Position numbers and translations under genes: made by a program. From contig JBMOPW010000044.1 in NCBI GenBank assembly GCA_049322915.1, positions 1 to 64,000 on the forward strand: DNA of 64,000 nt, in the 5' to 3' direction. Source of the DNA: Candidatus Zhuqueibacterota bacterium (lineage in GTDB: Bacteria > Zhuqueibacterota > Zhuqueibacteria > Thermofontimicrobiales > Thermofontimicrobiaceae). The first letter of the stretch is position 1. Every line of letters begins with the position of its first letter. The notes beneath the pieces are model-generated. The model saw only the letters and a list, made by a program, of their open reading frames with translations. It was not told where the DNA came from and did no database searches. Shown piece by piece: positions 61,957 to 64,000 of the stretch.

Positions 61957-62232
61957 TCAGAGCCGATTCTCGTAGTACCATCGGAGCAAATAGATGGCGA
62001 TAGCGATACCAATGATTCCGATGACATTGAGAATAAATTTGAATCCCAATGTGAATTCCAGAAGTCCGAGGTTCAGCGTAAACGGGTTGAATCCAATGGT
62101 CGCAGAGCGGAGAAAAAATTGTTTTACAACGCCGGTCGGAAGAAGCAGAGCAATCAGTTCTCCCATCGCAGACCCAAGAATTGCGCCTAACAAGAGAGTC
62201 AGGATAAGAAGGGCTAATGATTTTTTTCGCAT
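61957..62232 (-). CDS. DUF4321-like small membrane protein
   Basis: LLGAILGSAMGELI...LNLGLLEFTLGFKFILNVIGIIG pattern. Confidence 0.75.
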   Translation of the reverse strand: MRKKSLALLILTLLLGAILGSAMGELIALLLPTGVVKQFFLRSATIGFNPFTLNLGLLEFTLGFKFILNVIGIIGIAIAIYLLRWYYENRL

Positions 62233-62405
62233 GTAATTAATTCGTTTGGCTTAGGTGGTTCGGTTCATCTGATTTTTAAGACATTGAACAGAACTGGCGC
62301 CGCTCTTCGTGACGCATGATTTGCGTGAATAGGTAACCTGCGAGGCCATGTCCCCCATTTTAACAGATGTTTCACTGGCTCACAAAGAACGGCCCAATGA
62401 CAGGT

Positions 62406-62434
62406 CAATATAAATAAATAAATGGACAAATTCA
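62406..62434 (-). promoter_or_regulatory. Putative sigma70-type promoter for DUF4321-tatA-tatA-gatAB
   Basis: TTGAAT-17bp-TATATT on the - strand (coordinates approximate). Confidence 0.45.
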
Positions 62435-62444
62435 AATACTTTTT

Positions 62445-63179
62445 TTAAGGGGCGATGATTTCAATGGTCTTCTCGTGGTCGTTCCCTCTCGTCAGACGAT
62501 ACACAAACCGGATAATGCCCCAAACGATGTAAATGACATTGATGGGGTAGAATGTCTCATGGGGGAAAAGCGCTAAAATTACGGCGGTTATCATCAGCAG
62601 GATAATACCAATGGAATTTTTGGTGCTGTGGCGAAACGTCGCTTTGGGCGCGGTGTAATATTCCACGGTGCTGATCATCAATAGACAGACCAGCAGCAAT
62701 TGCGGGATGATGATCCGGGAGAGATATAGCTCGCCCCAGAAATGATAATTAAAAATAATGAACGATGAAAGCGTCATGGCCATGTAGGGAATTGGCAGAC
62801 CGACAAATTTGGTCTTTTCTTTTCCACCAAAGATGACGTTGAATCGCGCCAACCGAATTCCTCCGAACACCAGTGGCAGAAAACTGAGGATGATGCCCAG
62901 TATCCCCAGTTTGAAGAAATAAGCTTTGTAAAAAACGATTGATGGGGCCACGCCAAAAGACACGATATCCGCCAGCGAATCGAACTCGATACCAAAATCG
63001 CTGCTGCTCTTGGTCAACCGCGCCAGTTGTCCATCCAGCGCATCGCAGATGGCGGACAGGGCAATCAGCCAACAGGCAGTGATGATTTTGCCTTCCATGG
63101 TGCTGATGATTGCCAGAAATCCCCAGAAGATATTGAGTGTTGTGAATAGATTCGGAATAACCTGTCGCTTGTTTTTCAT
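62445..63179 (-). CDS. pssA: CDP-diacylglycerol--serine O-phosphatidyltransferase
   Basis: IPNLFT, DALDGQLAR...FGIEFDSLADIVSFGVAP, RLARFN, FVGLPIP. Confidence 0.94.
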   Translation of the reverse strand: MKNKRQVIPNLFTTLNIFWGFLAIISTMEGKIITACWLIALSAICDALDGQLARLTKSSSDFGIEFDSLADIVSFGVAPSIVFYKAYFFKLGILGIILSFLPLVFGGIRLARFNVIFGGKEKTKFVGLPIPYMAMTLSSFIIFNYHFWGELYLSRIIIPQLLLVCLLMISTVEYYTAPKATFRHSTKNSIGIILLMITAVILALFPHETFYPINVIYIVWGIIRFVYRLTRGNDHEKTIEIIAP

Positions 63180-63184
63180 TGAAA

Positions 63185-63823
63185 TCAGTATGTCCCTATA
63201 ATGGTATGTCCTGCTCTTACTGTATCATTCAATTTAACGTTTAGATTGACCGAGGCCGGCATGACCATATCGACCCGCGAGCCGAATTTGATCATTCCAC
63301 ATCGCTCGCCCATCTCTACGCGGGCGCCTTCCCGGGCGTGGCAGACAATGCGCCGGGCAATGATGCCGGCGATTTGTTTGAACAGTATTTTCAATGCGTC
63401 GCCTTCGATGACAATGGTCGTCTGCTCGTTCTCAAAAGAGGCGACGTCCTGGTACGCTGGCAGAAATTTTCCCTCGGAATAATTGAAGTGGATTATCTTG
63501 CCGGAGATTGGGTAACGATTGACGTGAACATCAAACACAGACATGAAGATACTGAGCTTGATAACGCTGCCAGTGAAGAATGGATGACTCTGTTCCGTCT
63601 CGATGAGGATTATTTTTCCATCAGCCGGGGAAATGATGCTTTTGTCGCCGGTCGGCAGTCTGCGATTGGGGTCGCGGAAAAAATAGACCACAAAAAGCGA
63701 GAGCGCCCAACTCACCAATATCAGGATGATAAGAAGTACGCCGCTGTTGATCAGCAGCCCGAAGCTGAGCATTAGCGACACAATAATAAAGGGGGCAATT
63801 GTTTTTACGCTTCCTTTAGCCAA
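63185..63823 (-). CDS. psd: Phosphatidylserine decarboxylase proenzyme
   Basis: FFRDPNR, SPADGK, IFMSVFDVHVNR, QIAG..ARRI, IKFGSRVD (FGS cleavage site). Confidence 0.94.
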   Translation of the reverse strand: MAKGSVKTIAPFIIVSLMLSFGLLINSGVLLIILILVSWALSLFVVYFFRDPNRRLPTGDKSIISPADGKIILIETEQSHPFFTGSVIKLSIFMSVFDVHVNRYPISGKIIHFNYSEGKFLPAYQDVASFENEQTTIVIEGDALKILFKQIAGIIARRIVCHAREGARVEMGERCGMIKFGSRVDMVMPASVNLNVKLNDTVRAGHTIIGTY

Positions 63824-63943
63824 TTTTCCTTCTCGGTGTTTTCATTTGCGTTTCAAAAAAACGGCGGCGCTGAGAGGGTCACACATGATCTCCTGCAGTC
63901 CGCTGCTTCGCAGCCTGGTGTAAAATGAAGTTACAATCGTGAA

Positions 63944-64000
63944 TTAGGATATCAATCGATTTTTGAGCTGATCGTATGCTTTCTCCGCAGTGCCGGAATC
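63944..64000 (-). CDS. 3' end of a gene cut by the window edge, probably SAICAR synthase
   Basis: Reverse strand reads DSGTAEKAYDQLKNRLIS*, resembling PurC C-termini; only 18 residues visible. Confidence 0.4.
   Translation of the reverse strand, partial: DSGTAEKAYDQLKNRLIS

Overview
Bacterial chromosomal segment, probably from an FCB-superphylum lineage outside Bacteroidota such as KSB1 or Calditrichota. This is inferred from PorV, 'NYPNP' C-terminal sorting domains and the purC-psd-pssA-DUF4321-tatA-gatAB and accBC-gcvH-gcvPA gene order. The left ~43 kb is an almost entirely + strand accessory block. It carries ycaQ, a serine-hydrolase fusion, an S9 peptidase, an acyl-CoA ligase plus 2-hydroxyacyl-CoA dehydratase/activator operon, a GH63-like glycosidase, a core MetE-like enzyme with an Fe-S aldo/keto reductase, a metallophosphoesterase-propeller, an RlmL-like methylase, recCBD, three secreted peptidases, an HTH + ExeA-like ATPase pair and an atypical xylose isomerase-like enzyme. 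Its intergenic gaps hold nested palindromic and short-period repeats. The right ~21 kb is entirely - strand: trxB, a five-gene envelope module, and housekeeping genes. The envelope module comprises porV, an M6-like protein with a lost zinc motif, a gluzincin-TolB-BamA-like fusion and two paralogous membrane proteins. The strongest candidates for undescribed biology are the porV-linked module, the stand-alone HTH/ExeA operon, the nested repeats, the hybrid-site isomerase and a structured leader upstream of the M23 peptidase. No rRNA, tRNA, CRISPR array, integrase or transposase was seen. All calls come from manual motif reading, with no database searches.
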